From a plasmid, in NCBI RefSeq assembly GCF_055900595.2, contig NZ_JBVWEU010000003.1: DNA of 64,000 nt. One strand, given 5' to 3'. Position numbers and translations under genes: made by a program. Shown in pieces: positions 19,778 to 31,081 of the stretch (its first letter is position 1; the number at the start of each line of letters is the position of its first letter). The notes beneath the pieces were generated by a model. It was given only the letters and a program-made list of their open reading frames with translations, searched no databases and was not told the DNA's origin.

Positions 19778-20461
19778 ATGTCCCGTTTTATCCTGGGTGA
19801 CTGCGTGCGAGTTATGGCCACGTTTCCGGACAATGCTGTCGATTTCATCCTCACCGACCCGCCGTATCTCGTCGGTTTCCGTGACCGTTCCGGGCGCACC
19901 ATCGCCGGCGATAAAACCGACGAATGGCTGCAACCGGCCTGTAATGAGATGTACCGCGTGCTGAAAAAAGACGCGCTGATGGTGAGCTTCTATGGCTGGA
20001 ACCGCGTCGATCGCTTTATGTCTGCCTGGAAAAATGCGGGATTCAGCGTTGTTGGTCACCTGGTCTTCACCAAAAACTACACATCGAAGGCCGCATATGT
20101 GGGCTATCGCCACGAATGCGCCTACATCCTGGCAAAAGGCCGTCCACGTCTGCCACAAAACCCGCTGCCGGACGTGCTGGGCTGGAAATATTCAGGCAAT
20201 CGTCATCACCCGACGGAAAAGCCTGTTACCAGCCTGCAACCGCTGATTGAGAGCTTCACACACCCGAACGCAATTGTGCTGGACCCGTTTGCAGGCAGCG
20301 GCTCAACCTGCGTTGCCGCCCTCCAGTCCGGACGCCGGTATATCGGTATCGAGCTGCTTGAGCAGTATCACCGTGCCGGACAGCAACGACTGGCCGCCGT
20401 GCAACGGGCCATGCAGCAGGGGGCCGCGAATGATGACTGGTTTATGCCGGAGGCTGCGTAA
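19778..20461 (+). CDS. Orphan DNA N6-adenine/N4-cytosine methyltransferase
   Basis: DPPY catalytic motif near the N-terminus and a C-terminal FAGSGST SAM-binding motif; no adjacent restriction enzyme. Confidence 0.85.
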   Translation: MSRFILGDCVRVMATFPDNAVDFILTDPPYLVGFRDRSGRTIAGDKTDEWLQPACNEMYRVLKKDALMVSFYGWNRVDRFMSAWKNAGFSVVGHLVFTKNYTSKAAYVGYRHECAYILAKGRPRLPQNPLPDVLGWKYSGNRHHPTEKPVTSLQPLIESFTHPNAIVLDPFAGSGSTCVAALQSGRRYIGIELLEQYHRAGQQRLAAVQRAMQQGAANDDWFMPEAA

Positions 20462-20683
20462 ATGAACTATGCCGGACACGAAAAACTTCGCGCCGAAGTG
20501 GCGGAGGTGGCCAACACCATGTGTGACCTTCGGGCCAGGCTGAACGATATGGAGCATCGCTGTCGTTTTGATTCCGATGTGCTTGTTGAACGCCTGACAC
20601 GCCAGACGCTGTATCGCGCCAATCGCCTGTTTATGGAGGCGTATACCGAAATTCTTGAACTGGATGCGTGCTTCAAAGATTAA
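20462..20683 (+). CDS. Hypothetical protein (leading region)
   Basis: 73-aa ORF directly after the methylase stop; no family recognised. Confidence 0.4.
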   Translation: MNYAGHEKLRAEVAEVANTMCDLRARLNDMEHRCRFDSDVLVERLTRQTLYRANRLFMEAYTEILELDACFKD

Positions 20684-20695
20684 GGGGGAGACGAA

Positions 20696-21130
20696 ATGTA
20701 CGGAACATGCGAAACGCTGTGCCGGGAGCTGGCAGCGCAGTATCCGGGAGACACGCCGCTGATGCTGGTTGTCTGGTCCCCGGAAGAGATTCAGGCACTG
20801 GCTGACGGTATGGATATTTCTCTGACCGATCATGAAATCAGGACCGTCCTGTCGCGCCTGGAGGACATCCCGGAAGACCAGCGGAGTGAATCCGGTATTT
20901 CTTCCGGTGCGGCGATGGAGATCATCAATAACGTGAGAGAAAACCGCCAGGTGACCGTCCCTGCTGAACTGCTGGCGTCCCTGATTCAGACCGCCGAACA
21001 GGCACTGTGGAAACGTGAGTGGGCCGCCCGTGATAACGGCCTTGCCGTCCCGGAATGTGTTACCCGCCGTCAGGCAGTGATTAATCAGGCCCGCACCCTG
21101 CTGAAAAACAACACACACGAAAACAACTGA
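20696..21130 (+). CDS. Hypothetical protein (leading region)
   Basis: 144-aa acidic protein preceded by a GGGGAG Shine-Dalgarno-like sequence. Confidence 0.45.
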   Translation: MYGTCETLCRELAAQYPGDTPLMLVVWSPEEIQALADGMDISLTDHEIRTVLSRLEDIPEDQRSESGISSGAAMEIINNVRENRQVTVPAELLASLIQTAEQALWKREWAARDNGLAVPECVTRRQAVINQARTLLKNNTHENN

Positions 21131-21179
21131 TGTTATCGCCGCCTGCCCTGCGGGCGGCGATACAGGGAGACCATGAATC

Positions 21180-21950
21180 ATGAACGAAACGCTGAATGCA
21201 CTGGTTTGTCGTCACGCCCGTAACCTGCTGCTGGCGCAGGGCTGGCCGGAAGAGACGGATGTTGACCAGCGAAATCCGAACTATCCGGGCTGGATCAGCA
21301 TTTACGTGCGGCTGGATGCGCCCCGGCTGGCGACGTTACTTATCAACCGTCACGGCGGCGTACTGCCGCCGCTCCTGGCCTCTGCCATTCAGAGACTGAC
21401 CGGAACCGGGGCGGAACTGGTACTGTCCGGCAGTCAGTGGCAGTCGCTGCCGGTACTTCCGGCAGACGGAACGCAGGTGTCTTTCCCGTATGCCGGAGAA
21501 TGGCTGACCGAAGACGAAATCAGGGCTGTTCTTGATGCGGTGCACGATGCGGTACGAAGCATCTGTTACCAGGTGGCAGAAGATACGCGGCGTATCCGTG
21601 CGGCGCTGACCACCACCGGTCAGACGTTGCTGACCCGCCAGACGCGCCGCTTTCGCCTGGTCGTGAAGGAAAGCGATCATCCCTGCTGGCTCGATGAAGA
21701 TGACGAAAACCTGCCCGTAGTGCTCGATGCCATCGTGAACCGGGGCGCACGTTTTTCGGCAGTGGAAATGTATCTGGTCAGTGAGTGTGTGGAGCATATC
21801 CTGTCCAGTGGGCTGGCCTGCGATGTGCTGCGTATACCGGATGAACCGCCCCGCCGGTGGTTTGACCGTGGTGTTCTGCGGGAGGTGGTCCGGGAAGCCC
21901 GGGCCGAAATCCGCAGCATGGCGGATGCCCTGGCAAAAATCCGGAAATGA
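21180..21950 (+). CDS. Hypothetical protein (leading region)
   Basis: 256-aa ORF in the same-strand gene array; no family recognised. Confidence 0.45.
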   Translation: MNETLNALVCRHARNLLLAQGWPEETDVDQRNPNYPGWISIYVRLDAPRLATLLINRHGGVLPPLLASAIQRLTGTGAELVLSGSQWQSLPVLPADGTQVSFPYAGEWLTEDEIRAVLDAVHDAVRSICYQVAEDTRRIRAALTTTGQTLLTRQTRRFRLVVKESDHPCWLDEDDENLPVVLDAIVNRGARFSAVEMYLVSECVEHILSSGLACDVLRIPDEPPRRWFDRGVLREVVREARAEIRSMADALAKIRK

Positions 21951-22011
21951 TGACACTGGCGGGGTAAATCCCCGCCTTTTTCCTGCCGGTCCCCGGACAG
22001 AGCACAAAGGA

Positions 22012-22350
22012 AGTCGCCGCAGGCTCCGCTTTACCCGGCCATGCGGGGCATGGCCTTGTGGGTTTTCAGTTATGTGGCCTCAGCGTCGTGTGCGGGCTGT
22101 GCCGTGCCTCCATCGTAGCCGGGCTTCTGCGGGCGGGTTGCAAGGTAAGGTGAACCGCTGCGGTCACCCGGTCCCTCCTTCCCGTCTGCCGTGATTTTCC
22201 GGTCGTTCACCCGCTCAGATTTCGCGGTCTCACCCTCCAACTCCCGTCAGCCGTGTGCGTCAGGCTGCGGCTTCCCTTGCGCCCTTGCAACCCTGCAGGC
22301 CCGGCAAAGATGGAGGCACGGCACCGCCCGGTGTCGCGGAATATGTGAAC
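22012..22350. repeat. Leading-region structured repeat, family A, copy 1 (upstream of klcA)
   Basis: About 340 bp nearly identical to 28968-29306; GC-rich with multiple hairpins; the ORFs drawn across it are probably spurious. Confidence 0.7.
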
Positions 22351-22366
22351 AACGGAGGAAAACATC

Positions 22367-22792
22367 ATGCAATATGCGAAACCTGTCACTCTGAACGTTG
22401 AAGAGTGCGACCGTCTGTCTTTTCTGCCTTACCTGTTTGGCCTGGATTTTCTGTATGCCGAAGCGTCTGTATACGCGCTGGCGAAAAAAATGATGCCGGA
22501 ATATGAAGGCGGATTCTGGCACTTCATTCGCCTGCCGGACGGTGGCGGTTACATGATGCCGGATGGCGACCGTTTCCACATGGTGAACGGTGCAAACTGG
22601 TTTGACCGTACCGTGAGTGCTGATGCCGCAGGCATCATCCTTACCTCCCTTGTGATTAACCGCCAGTTGTGGCTGTACCACGACAGCGGGGATGCAGGGT
22701 TGACACACCTGTACAGGATGCGTGATGCGCAGTTGTGGAGCCACATCGAATTTCACCCCGAATGCAACGCGATTTACGCGGCACTTGACTGA
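22367..22792 (+). CDS. klcA: KlcA/ArdB-family anti-restriction protein
   Basis: 141 aa; LSFLPYLFG…GGFWHF…DGGGYMMPD…SADAAGII follows the KlcA/ArdB pattern. Confidence 0.8.
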   Translation: MQYAKPVTLNVEECDRLSFLPYLFGLDFLYAEASVYALAKKMMPEYEGGFWHFIRLPDGGGYMMPDGDRFHMVNGANWFDRTVSADAAGIILTSLVINRQLWLYHDSGDAGLTHLYRMRDAQLWSHIEFHPECNAIYAALD

Positions 22793-22838
22793 TTAACGGA
22801 CGGGGCGGCAATGCCGCCCCTGTAAAGGAGACGAGAAC

Positions 22839-23261
22839 ATGTACTGTACTGTTAAAGAAATCATCCGCGATGTACTGGATACAGACGTGCCGGACAGTGA
22901 ATGCGTTTTTGCCGTGGTGCTGACCCGTGGGGATGTGCGTCACATAGCCCGGGACTGGAACCTGTCAGACGATGAGCTGGAAACCGTCATGCAGCGACTG
23001 GACGATGCCTTTGAGCATGGTGCGGATGTCAGCGTTGTTCACGACGTTGTTCGTGAACTGATGGAAGAAAAGCGCGCCAGCCGTCATGTGACAGTCCCGG
23101 CGGTGATGCTGGAAAAAGTGATGGCGCTGGCAGGCAGTGAAATGAAGCGCCTGTATGCCGTCGGGAGTGAGAACGGGGGCGACGGTGACGCATTCGTCAG
23201 GGAGGAACGCGAAGCAATGGACGTTGTGTTACAGGCGCTGGACGGGGAGACGATGTCATGA
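22839..23261 (+). CDS. Hypothetical acidic protein (leading region)
   Basis: 140-aa ORF preceded by AAAGGAGA Shine-Dalgarno-like sequence. Confidence 0.45.
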   Translation: MYCTVKEIIRDVLDTDVPDSECVFAVVLTRGDVRHIARDWNLSDDELETVMQRLDDAFEHGADVSVVHDVVRELMEEKRASRHVTVPAVMLEKVMALAGSEMKRLYAVGSENGGDGDAFVREEREAMDVVLQALDGETMS

Positions 23262-23449
23262 ATATCAGCACAGAAACTCGCGAAATTCTGCGTAATTACA
23301 GGGCCGTGATTAATGCGCGGCGTCGTGAAATGGGGCAGAAACCGCTCACCACCGCGCAGATTGTTGATGAAATCTGCGATTTTGTGGCGAATCAACAGGC
23401 GGTTTTCCTGGGCGGTCACTACATCTTACAGGGCAGCAGAAACAGGTGA
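23258..23449 (+). CDS. Hypothetical small protein
   Basis: 63-aa ORF overlapping the upstream stop (ATGA). Confidence 0.3.
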   Translation: MNISTETREILRNYRAVINARRREMGQKPLTTAQIVDEICDFVANQQAVFLGGHYILQGSRNR

Positions 23450-23652
23450 TACAGGGGCAGGCGGTGGAGGGCGCCTGTCAGCCCGCGCGAAAACCCCTGG
23501 CAGGCTGGCGCCTGCCGGAAACGCGGGGTGCAGCGCCTGCGGCGCTGCCGGCCCGGCTTTCCGGTCAGAAGGTAGTGTATGGCTGTATGCCAGGAACAGG
23601 TGTGATGTTCCGTGACACTGTCACCGTTTCTGGCTGTTTTTTGTTGCGCCCA

Positions 23653-24150
23653 CTTCGGCTCCCGGCTGCCTGACGGCATCCGGTCGTCAGGCCCGACTCC
23701 GACAGGCAGCTGCTGGCGCACCCGCCAGTCTCCGCCGAACCCGCTGGCGCGGTTTCGGGCTGTCGCTACGGTCCGATGCGTGAAAACCCGGGCTTGCAGC
23801 GACCGTTCCGGTCGCGCCGCCCCTGTCGCGCCGTGACCTGCGCTCCCTGCACACCTGACGGTGTGTGAGGAAACTGCGCCTGATGGCGCAGCAGTCCTCC
23901 CTCCTGCCGCCACCCCTGCGGCCTGTTTCCCGCTGTGGACTTTCCGGGGGGCAGACGTAACCCCCTCCCGTTCCATCTGTCCAGGGTGAGATGCACCGGC
24001 CACAAAATTTTTAGCCATGAACCCGGCAAAAAATTTTGCGTCCGCCCCCGGACAGCTGCCCCGTGAGGCGGTAAACGGGCCCCCATCGGAAAGGTCCACT
24101 GCGGGGAGAAACCCCTGTGAAGTGGACGGCAGGAGGAGCTTTCGCTCCTC
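23653..24150. repeat. Leading-region structured repeat, family B, copy 1 (upstream of ssb; single-strand-promoter-like)
   Basis: About 500 bp shared with 30005-30512 and, in part, 33030-33365; contains hairpins CACACCTGACGGTGTG and CTGCGCCTGATGGCGCAG. Confidence 0.65.
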
Positions 24151-24219
24151 TGAAGGGGCACATGAACGTCCCGTCGCCGGTATCCGGTTTATCTCACATC
24201 TTTCAGTCAGGAGGTTCTT

Positions 24220-24747
24220 ATGAGTGCACGTGGTATCAACAAGGTCATCCTCGTCGGGCGTCTGGGCAATGATCCGGAAGTCCGTTACATCCCCAACGGG
24301 GGTGCAGTGGCAAACCTGCAGGTGGCTACGTCAGAAAGCTGGCGCGACAAACAGACGGGGGAGATGCGGGAGCAGACGGAATGGCACCGCGTGGTGCTGT
24401 TCGGCAAGCTCGCGGAAGTGGCAGGTGAATATCTGCGCAAGGGCGCGCAGGTCTACATCGAGGGGCAACTCCGTACCCGTAGCTGGGAAGATAACGGTAT
24501 CACCCGTTACGTCACTGAAATTCTTGTTAAGACCACGGGCACCATGCAGATGCTGGGGAGTGCACCACAGCAGAACGCTCAGGCGCAACCGAAGCCTCAG
24601 CAGAATGGGCAGCCACAGAGTGCTGACGCGACGAAAAAAGGTGGCGCGAAAACGAAAGGCCGTGGACGTAAGGCCGCGCAGCCCGAGTCTCAGCCGCAAC
24701 CGCCGGAGGGGGAGGATTACGGGTTTTCAGACGATATCCCGTTCTGA
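24220..24747 (+). CDS. ssb: Plasmid single-stranded DNA-binding protein
   Basis: OB-fold N-terminus ([23 protein letters not shown]…), Gln/Pro-rich linker and acidic tail DDIPF. Confidence 0.95.
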   Translation: MSARGINKVILVGRLGNDPEVRYIPNGGAVANLQVATSESWRDKQTGEMREQTEWHRVVLFGKLAEVAGEYLRKGAQVYIEGQLRTRSWEDNGITRYVTEILVKTTGTMQMLGSAPQQNAQAQPKPQQNGQPQSADATKKGGAKTKGRGRKAAQPESQPQPPEGEDYGFSDDIPF

Positions 24748-24765
24748 CTGGCCTGACTGTGATAA

Positions 24766-25038
<273 letters not shown>

Positions 25039-25101
25039 GAGAGGTGCCGGACGGGAACGCGTCCGGCAGACATACAACCATCCCGGTCAAAGGAGAAATA
25101 T

Positions 25102-27060
25102 ATGTCAGTTACAGAGTCTAAGACAAAAACGGAGCGTAAATCCAGCCGTAAACCTGCAAAAACGCAGGAAACAGTCCTGTCTGCCCTGCTGGCGCAGACG
25201 GAGGAAGTGAGCGTGCCGCTGGCCTCACTGATTAAGTCACCGCTGAATGTGCGCACGGTGCCGTATTCTGCGGAGTCCGTCAGTGAACTGGCTGATTCCA
25301 TTAAGGGGGTCGGCCTGCTGCAGAATCTGGTTGTTCATGCCCTGCCAGGTGACCGCCACGGTGTCGCCGCAGGTGGTCGCCGACTGGCTGCACTCAATAT
25401 GCTGGCAGAGCGTGGCATCATTCCGGCGGACTGGCCTGTCCGCGTGAAGGTTATTCCGCAGGAACTGGCGACGGCGGCATCAATGACTGAAAACGGTCAT
25501 CGTCGGGATATGCACCCTGCTGAACAGATTGCCGGATTCCGCGCAATGGCGCAGGAAGGCAAAACACCTGCACAAATCGGTGATTTGCTGGGCTATTCAC
25601 CCCGCCATGTCCAGCGAATGCTGAAACTGGCTGACCTTGCGCCTGTCATCCTCGATGCGCTGGCAGAAGACCTCATCACCACCGAGCACTGTCAGGCGCT
25701 GGCGCTGGAGAACGACACCGCTCGTCAGGTGCAGGTGTTTGAAGCCGCCTGTCAGTCAGGATGGGGCGGTAAACCGGAAGTGCAGACCATTCGTCGTCTG
25801 GTGACCGAAAGTGAAGTGGCGGTGGCGGGGAACAGTAAATTCCGCTTCGTGGGGGCTGATGCCTTCTCGCCAGATGAACTGCGCACCGATTTGTTCAGCG
25901 ATGACGGGGACGGTTATGTCGACCGCGTGGCGCTCGATGCCGCCCTGCTGGAAAAACTCCAGGCTGTCGCTGAACACCTTCGGGAAGCCGAAGGCTGGGA
26001 ATGGTGCGCCGGACGTATGGAGCCTGTCGGTTTCTGCCGTGAGGATGCCGGAACATACCGCAGTCTGCCGGAGCCGGAAGCTGTGCTGACGGAGGCGGAA
26101 GAAGAACGCCTGAACGAACTGATGGCACGTTACGACGCGCTGGAAAATCAGTGTGAGGAATCCGACCTGCTGGAAGCAGAAATGAAGCTGATGCGCTGCA
26201 TGGCGAAGGTCAGGGCGTGGACGCCGGAGATGCGTGCCGGAAGTGGCGTGGTGGTGTCCTGGCGTTATGGAAACGTATGTGTCCAGCGTGGTGTGCAGTT
26301 GCGCAGTGAGGATGACGTGGCTGACGACGCTGGCCGCACGGAACAGGTGCAGGAGAAAGCCTCCGTGGAGGGAATCAGTCTGCCGCTGCTGACGAAAATG
26401 TCTTCCGAACGCACGCTGGCAGTCCAGGCGGCACTGATGCAGCAGCCGGACAAATCCCTGGCACTGCTGGCATGGACGCTCTGCCTGAATGTGTTTGGCA
26501 GCGGAGCGTACAGTAAACCAGCACAAATCAGCCTGGAATGTAAACATTATTCGCTGACCAGCGATGCGCCATCGGGGAAGGAAGGTGCCGCGTTCATGGC
26601 GATGATGGCAGAAAAAGCCCGTCTTGCGGCCCTGTTACCGGGGGGATGGTCACGGGACATGACGACGTTCCTTTCACTCAGTCAGGAGGTGCTGTTATCC
26701 CTGCTCAGTTTCTGCACCGCGTGCAGCATCCACGGCGTTCAGACCCGCGAGTGTGGTCACACGCCACGCAGCCCGCTGGACACGCTGGAGAGCGCCATCG
26801 GTTTTCACATGCGCGACTGGTGGCAGCCGACAAAAGCAAACTTCTTCGGACACCTGAAAAAGCCGCAGATTATCGCAGCCCTGAATGAGGCAGGACTGTC
26901 CGGTGCCGCACGGGACGCGGAGAAGATGAAGAAAGGCGATGCGGCTGAACATGCAGAGTTCCATATGAAAGACAACCGCTGGGTGCCTGGCTGGATGTGT
27001 GCACCACGTCCACAGACGGATACCACTGAACGCACTGATAACCTGGCTGATGCCGCCTGA
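25102..27060 (+). CDS. ParB-like nuclease-domain protein (large leading-region protein)
   Basis: 652 aa; N-terminal ParB/Srx-like motif (LQNLVVHALPGDRHGVAAGGRRLAA) followed by HTH-like segments. Confidence 0.75.
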   Translation: MSVTESKTKTERKSSRKPAKTQETVLSALLAQTEEVSVPLASLIKSPLNVRTVPYSAESVSELADSIKGVGLLQNLVVHALPGDRHGVAAGGRRLAALNMLAERGIIPADWPVRVKVIPQELATAASMTENGHRRDMHPAEQIAGFRAMAQEGKTPAQIGDLLGYSPRHVQRMLKLADLAPVILDALAEDLITTEHCQALALENDTARQVQVFEAACQSGWGGKPEVQTIRRLVTESEVAVAGNSKFRFVGADAFSPDELRTDLFSDDGDGYVDRVALDAALLEKLQAVAEHLREAEGWEWCAGRMEPVGFCREDAGTYRSLPEPEAVLTEAEEERLNELMARYDALENQCEESDLLEAEMKLMRCMAKVRAWTPEMRAGSGVVVSWRYGNVCVQRGVQLRSEDDVADDAGRTEQVQEKASVEGISLPLLTKMSSERTLAVQAALMQQPDKSLALLAWTLCLNVFGSGAYSKPAQISLECKHYSLTSDAPSGKEGAAFMAMMAEKARLAALLPGGWSRDMTTFLSLSQEVLLSLLSFCTACSIHGVQTRECGHTPRSPLDTLESAIGFHMRDWWQPTKANFFGHLKKPQIIAALNEAGLSGAARDAEKMKKGDAAEHAEFHMKDNRWVPGWMCAPRPQTDTTERTDNLADAA

Positions 27061-27114
27061 TGAACAACCACACCGCCCCGCCGGAGACGGGGCGGCAGCA
27101 AGGGAGATACCGTG

Positions 27115-27549
27115 ATGAAAACTGAACTGACCCTGAATGTATTACAGACCATGAGTGCACAGGAATATGAAGATATCCGTGCTGCGGGAAGCGATATGCG
27201 CCGTAATCTCACTCACGAGGTGATGCGTGAAGTGGACGCACCGGCTAACTGGATGATGAATGGCGAGTATGGCAGTGAGTTCGGGGGCTTTTTCCCCGTC
27301 CAGGTTCGTTTCACGCCAGCCCACGAACGTTTCCACCTGGTATTATGTTCGCCGGGAGAAGTCTCTCAGCTCTGGATGCTGGTTCTGGTGAATGGTGGTG
27401 GACAGCCTTTCGCCGTCGTTCAGGTGCAACATATCTTCACGCCTGTCGCGATCAGTCACACGCTGGCGCTCGCCGCGACACTTGATGCGCAGGGATACAG
27501 TGTTAACGACATCATTCATATTTTGATGGCAGAAGGAGGTCAGGCATGA
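27115..27549 (+). CDS. psiB: Plasmid SOS-inhibition protein PsiB
   Basis: [26 protein letters not shown]… matches PsiB; ATG follows the track's GTG by one codon. Confidence 0.9.
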   Translation: MKTELTLNVLQTMSAQEYEDIRAAGSDMRRNLTHEVMREVDAPANWMMNGEYGSEFGGFFPVQVRFTPAHERFHLVLCSPGEVSQLWMLVLVNGGGQPFAVVQVQHIFTPVAISHTLALAATLDAQGYSVNDIIHILMAEGGQA

Positions 27550-28265
27550 GCGCACGTTCACGGGCACTGATCCCCCTCAGCGCAGAACAACAGGCCGCCA
27601 TGCAGGCTGTGGCTGTCACCGAACAACGTCGTCGTCAGGGACGCACACTTTCAGCATGGCCTTATGCCAGCGCTTTCTTTCGCTGCCTGAATGGCAGTCG
27701 CCGGATTTCGCTGACCGATCTCCGCTTTTTTGCTCCTGCGCTGACGAAGGAGGAATTTCATGGCAACCGTCTCCTGTGGCTGGCTGCCGTGGATAAACTG
27801 ATTGAAAGTTTTGGTGAAGTCTGTGTTCTTCCCCTGCCATCCGATGCGGGGCACCGTCTGTTCCCGTCCGTTCCTTTTCGTGAAGGTGAGCGTCGTCGTC
27901 AGAAAACCACGCTGACAGAGCAGAAATACAGCCGCCAGCGGGAACGTGAGGCAGAACGACGGGAACTGGAATACCAGACATGTTTTGCTCAGGCGCAGAT
28001 TGACCTTGCGTTTCATACTCCCTCCACGGTCGGAAGCTGGTTGTCCCGCTGGTCTGGTGTTGTTGAGGAGCATGATCTGGAAACGATTTTCTGGGGGTGG
28101 TGCGGGCGTTTTCCGTCACTGTCATCATTTGACCGTTTTTTCTGGCAGGAGGAACCACTCTGGCGGCTGATTTTTGAAGCCGGTGAGGCCGGTCGTGGTG
28201 CACCGGTACAGGTACGTGCACTTGAGCAGTGGATGATCCCGAACAAGCTGGAGAACGTAATATGA
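27546..28265 (+). CDS. psiA: Plasmid SOS-inhibition protein PsiA
   Basis: 239 aa immediately after psiB with a 4-bp overlap; the canonical psiB-psiA pair. Confidence 0.85.
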   Translation: MSARSRALIPLSAEQQAAMQAVAVTEQRRRQGRTLSAWPYASAFFRCLNGSRRISLTDLRFFAPALTKEEFHGNRLLWLAAVDKLIESFGEVCVLPLPSDAGHRLFPSVPFREGERRRQKTTLTEQKYSRQREREAERRELEYQTCFAQAQIDLAFHTPSTVGSWLSRWSGVVEEHDLETIFWGWCGRFPSLSSFDRFFWQEEPLWRLIFEAGEAGRGAPVQVRALEQWMIPNKLENVI

Positions 28266-28858
28266 TGAAATCAGACGAAAAATACCAGGTTCCCGCGTGG
28301 ATGCGACCTCTGTTGCCGTTGCTCTGCAACACCGGGGAGAACGATCCGGAAGAACTGCTGAATGATACAGAAACCACTGCCAGTGCGAATGTTGTCCGTT
28401 ATGTACTGATAGTTGCAGTGCGGTCGCAGGTTGATCTGCTGCAGCTTCTGTACAGGAAAGGGCTGTTGCGCACAGAGATACCAGGTGGCTTTTCACCGGA
28501 AGAAGCGCAGGAACTCCTGGATAATCTGGTGCGCAGCCATATCAGCAGGGCGCTGTCGGGTGAGCGAATGGCAGCCCGTGACAGGAATGCCGATCTGGCC
28601 TGGATTCGACAGCAACTGGTCGATGCCGCCTGGTTTGTCCGTGCCACACTGGAAGCGCATGGGATGAGCGTCGGAAATGAGAGTCCCCCTGCTCAGCCGG
28701 AGACAATGCCGGACATACAGACACGGGAACTGGTGATGTTGATCAAGCGACTGGCATCATCGCTGAAAGCGGTGAAACCGGACAGTTGTGTGGTGCGTGA
28801 AGCGCAGGACTGGCTGCGCGACAGAAAACTTGTGAGCATCACGGATGTTCTTCGGTGA
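28262..28858 (+). CDS. Hypothetical protein (leading region)
   Basis: ORF starting at the ATG (MMKSDEKYQ…) that overlaps the psiA stop. Confidence 0.4.
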   Translation: MMKSDEKYQVPAWMRPLLPLLCNTGENDPEELLNDTETTASANVVRYVLIVAVRSQVDLLQLLYRKGLLRTEIPGGFSPEEAQELLDNLVRSHISRALSGERMAARDRNADLAWIRQQLVDAAWFVRATLEAHGMSVGNESPPAQPETMPDIQTRELVMLIKRLASSLKAVKPDSCVVREAQDWLRDRKLVSITDVLR

Positions 28859-28967
28859 ACCAGTGGAGGTATGCTTGAGGGGCAGGGACATGCCGGTCAT
28901 GATCGTTTCGTTCCAGGGGTGGTCTGGAGATCATGCGGCGTGTCCTCTGCACTCGCCGGAATAAGGA

Positions 28968-29306
28968 CGTCGCCGCCGGCTCCGCTTTTACCCGGCCATG
29001 CGGGGCATGGCCTTGTGGGTTTTCAGTTATGTGGCCGCCGTGTCGTGTGCGGGCTGTGCCGTGCCTCCATCGTAGCCGGGCTTCTGCGGGCGGGATGCAA
29101 GGTAAGATGAACCGCTGCGGTCACCCGGTCCCTCCTTCCCGTCTGCCGTGATTTTCCGGTCGTTCACCCGCTCAGATTTCGCGGTCTCACCCTCCAACTC
29201 CCGTCAGCCGTGCGCGTCGGGCTGCGGCTTTCCTTGCGCCCTTGCATCCCTGCAGGCCCGGCAAAGATGGAGGCACGGCACCGCCCGGTGTCGCAGAACA
29301 TGTGAC
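28968..29306. repeat. Leading-region structured repeat, family A, copy 2 (upstream of ardA)
   Basis: Near-identical to 22012-22350. Confidence 0.7.
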
Positions 29307-29322
29307 TATGGAGGATTCGGGA

Positions 29323-29823
29323 ATGTCTGTTGTTGCACCTGCTGTATACGTTGGAACCTGGCACAAATATAACTGCGGAAGCATCGCCGGCCGCTGGTTT
29401 GACCTGACCACGTTTGATGATGAACGCGATTTTTTCGCCGCCTGCCGTGCCCTTCACCAGGATGAAACCGATCCGGAACTGATGTTTCAGGATTATGAGG
29501 GTTTCCCGGGGAATATGGCCTCTGAATGTCATATCAACTGGGCCTGGGTTGAAGGCTTCCGCCGGGCACGGGATGAAGGCTGCGAAGAGGCTTATCGTCT
29601 CTGGGTGGATGATACCGGTGAGACGGATTTTGACAGCTTCCGCGATGCCTGGTGGGGCGAGGCTGACAGTGAGGAGGCTTTTGCGGTTGAGTTCGTCAGT
29701 GATACCGGCCTGCTGGCTGACGTGCCGGAGACGGTGGCGCTCTATTTTGACTATGAGGCGTATGCGCGGGATTTATTCCTGGACTCCTTCACCTTTATTG
29801 ACGGTCATGTGTTCCGTCGGTGA
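29323..29823 (+). CDS. ardA: ArdA anti-restriction protein (DNA mimic)
   Basis: MSVVAPAVYVGTWHKYNCGSIAGRWFDL…DYEAYARDLFLDSFTFIDGHVFRR matches ArdA; start taken at the internal ATG. Confidence 0.9.
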   Translation: MSVVAPAVYVGTWHKYNCGSIAGRWFDLTTFDDERDFFAACRALHQDETDPELMFQDYEGFPGNMASECHINWAWVEGFRRARDEGCEEAYRLWVDDTGETDFDSFRDAWWGEADSEEAFAVEFVSDTGLLADVPETVALYFDYEAYARDLFLDSFTFIDGHVFRR

Positions 29824-30004
29824 TTTACTCCCCCGCTCCGGCGGGGGTATGGCCTGCCGGGCCGCCGGAAAACCCTGGCAGGCTTACGCCTGCCTGAAAT
29901 GCAGGAGGGCCGCGCCTGCGGCGCTGCCCTTCCTGCCCGTCATGGTGTGAGGCATTTTTCTGTTATGTCGTTTCTGTTGTTCTGATTTCCGGAGGCGGGG
30001 ACAC

Positions 30005-30512
30005 CCTTCGGCTCCCGGCTGCCTGGCGGCATCCGGTCGTCAGGCCCGACTCCGACAGGCAGCTGCTGGCGCACCCGCCAGTCTCCGCCGAACCCGCTGG
30101 CGCGGTTTCGGGCTGCCGCTACGGTCCGATGTCTGAAAAACCAGGCCTGCAGCGACCGTTCCGGTCGCGCCGCCCCTGTCGCGCCGGAAACGGCGCTCCC
30201 TGCACACCTGACGGTGTGTAAGGCCACTGCGCCTGATGGCGCAGTTGTCTGCCCTTCCGCCGCCACCCCTGCGGCCTGTTTCCCGCTGTGGACTTTCCGG
30301 GGGCTGAAGCGGCCACAACACGTTTCAGCCGTCCAGGGGAGAGATGTACCAGCCACAAAACTTTTTGCCGCAGGCGTCAAAAACTTTTGCGTCTGCCCCC
30401 GGACAACTGCCCCGTGCCGTGGCAGTCGCTGCCCCATCGGAAAGGTCCACTGCGGGGAGAAACCCCGAAGAAGTGGACGGCAGAAGGGGCTTTCGCCCCT
30501 CCGGGGAATAAC
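30005..30512. repeat. Leading-region structured repeat, family B, copy 2
   Basis: Shares the hairpin-rich sequence with copy 1; immediately precedes the ORF at 30555. Confidence 0.65.
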
Positions 30513-30554
30513 CGGTCGGCCCGGCGACCTGATTCAGCAGAAGGAGACGTTTTC

Positions 30555-30989
30555 ATGACAGTCAGCAGCACGATTTCCGTTTTTTGCCGAGACGGGGTGT
30601 TCCGTACCGTTTACTGCCACCTGCACGGTGAGCCGACCTGGAACGGTCGCATCCTGCATACCCACTATGCCACCGGTCAGCTGGCCGAAGCCCTGGTTGA
30701 ACACGGAGATATCCGTTGCCTCGGTCCCCGTTGCGACAAACCCGCCGGGCATACGCTTCAGAACCCGGTGGACGGTGTGACGGCTTATTACGGACGTGAC
30801 AGTGGTTTCCGGATGGACAGTGAAGCGCGTGAGTACCGCTCTTTCAGGGAGGCTATTGCCACTGAAAGCACAGAAGAGGTGCGCTTCCATTATGTGTTCA
30901 TCGACGGCTACTGGAAGGTGATGTACCGCACGCCGGAAGGCTGGAAGATGAAAGCGCTCGCGCTGGCACTGCGTCGCTGTCCGGAATGA
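30555..30989 (+). CDS. Hypothetical protein downstream of a family-B repeat
   Basis: 144 aa; AGGAGA Shine-Dalgarno sequence before the ATG; same position relative to the repeat as ssb. Confidence 0.5.
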   Translation: MTVSSTISVFCRDGVFRTVYCHLHGEPTWNGRILHTHYATGQLAEALVEHGDIRCLGPRCDKPAGHTLQNPVDGVTAYYGRDSGFRMDSEAREYRSFREAIATESTEEVRFHYVFIDGYWKVMYRTPEGWKMKALALALRRCPE

Positions 30990-31081
30990 AAAAAAGCAGG
31001 GCGATAAACCCTGCCTTTCTCCGCCGGCGCTTCCCCGTACGGAAGTCCGGCATCTCATTCACTAACTATGGAGATTATGCT

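Noticed and set aside
21781-22394. ORFs drawn across family-A repeat copy 1 (and their twins at 28933..29372)
   Set aside because: They appear only because the repeat is duplicated; the sequence is hairpin-rich and more plausibly regulatory than coding.
25756-26547. 263-aa minus-strand ORF antisense to the ParB-like gene
   Set aside because: Embedded antisense in a strongly supported plus-strand gene; no motifs.
27616-28377. 253-aa minus-strand ORF antisense to psiA
   Set aside because: Fully overlaps psiA on the opposite strand; low-complexity Ser/Pro/Arg-rich translation typical of GC-rich antisense frames.
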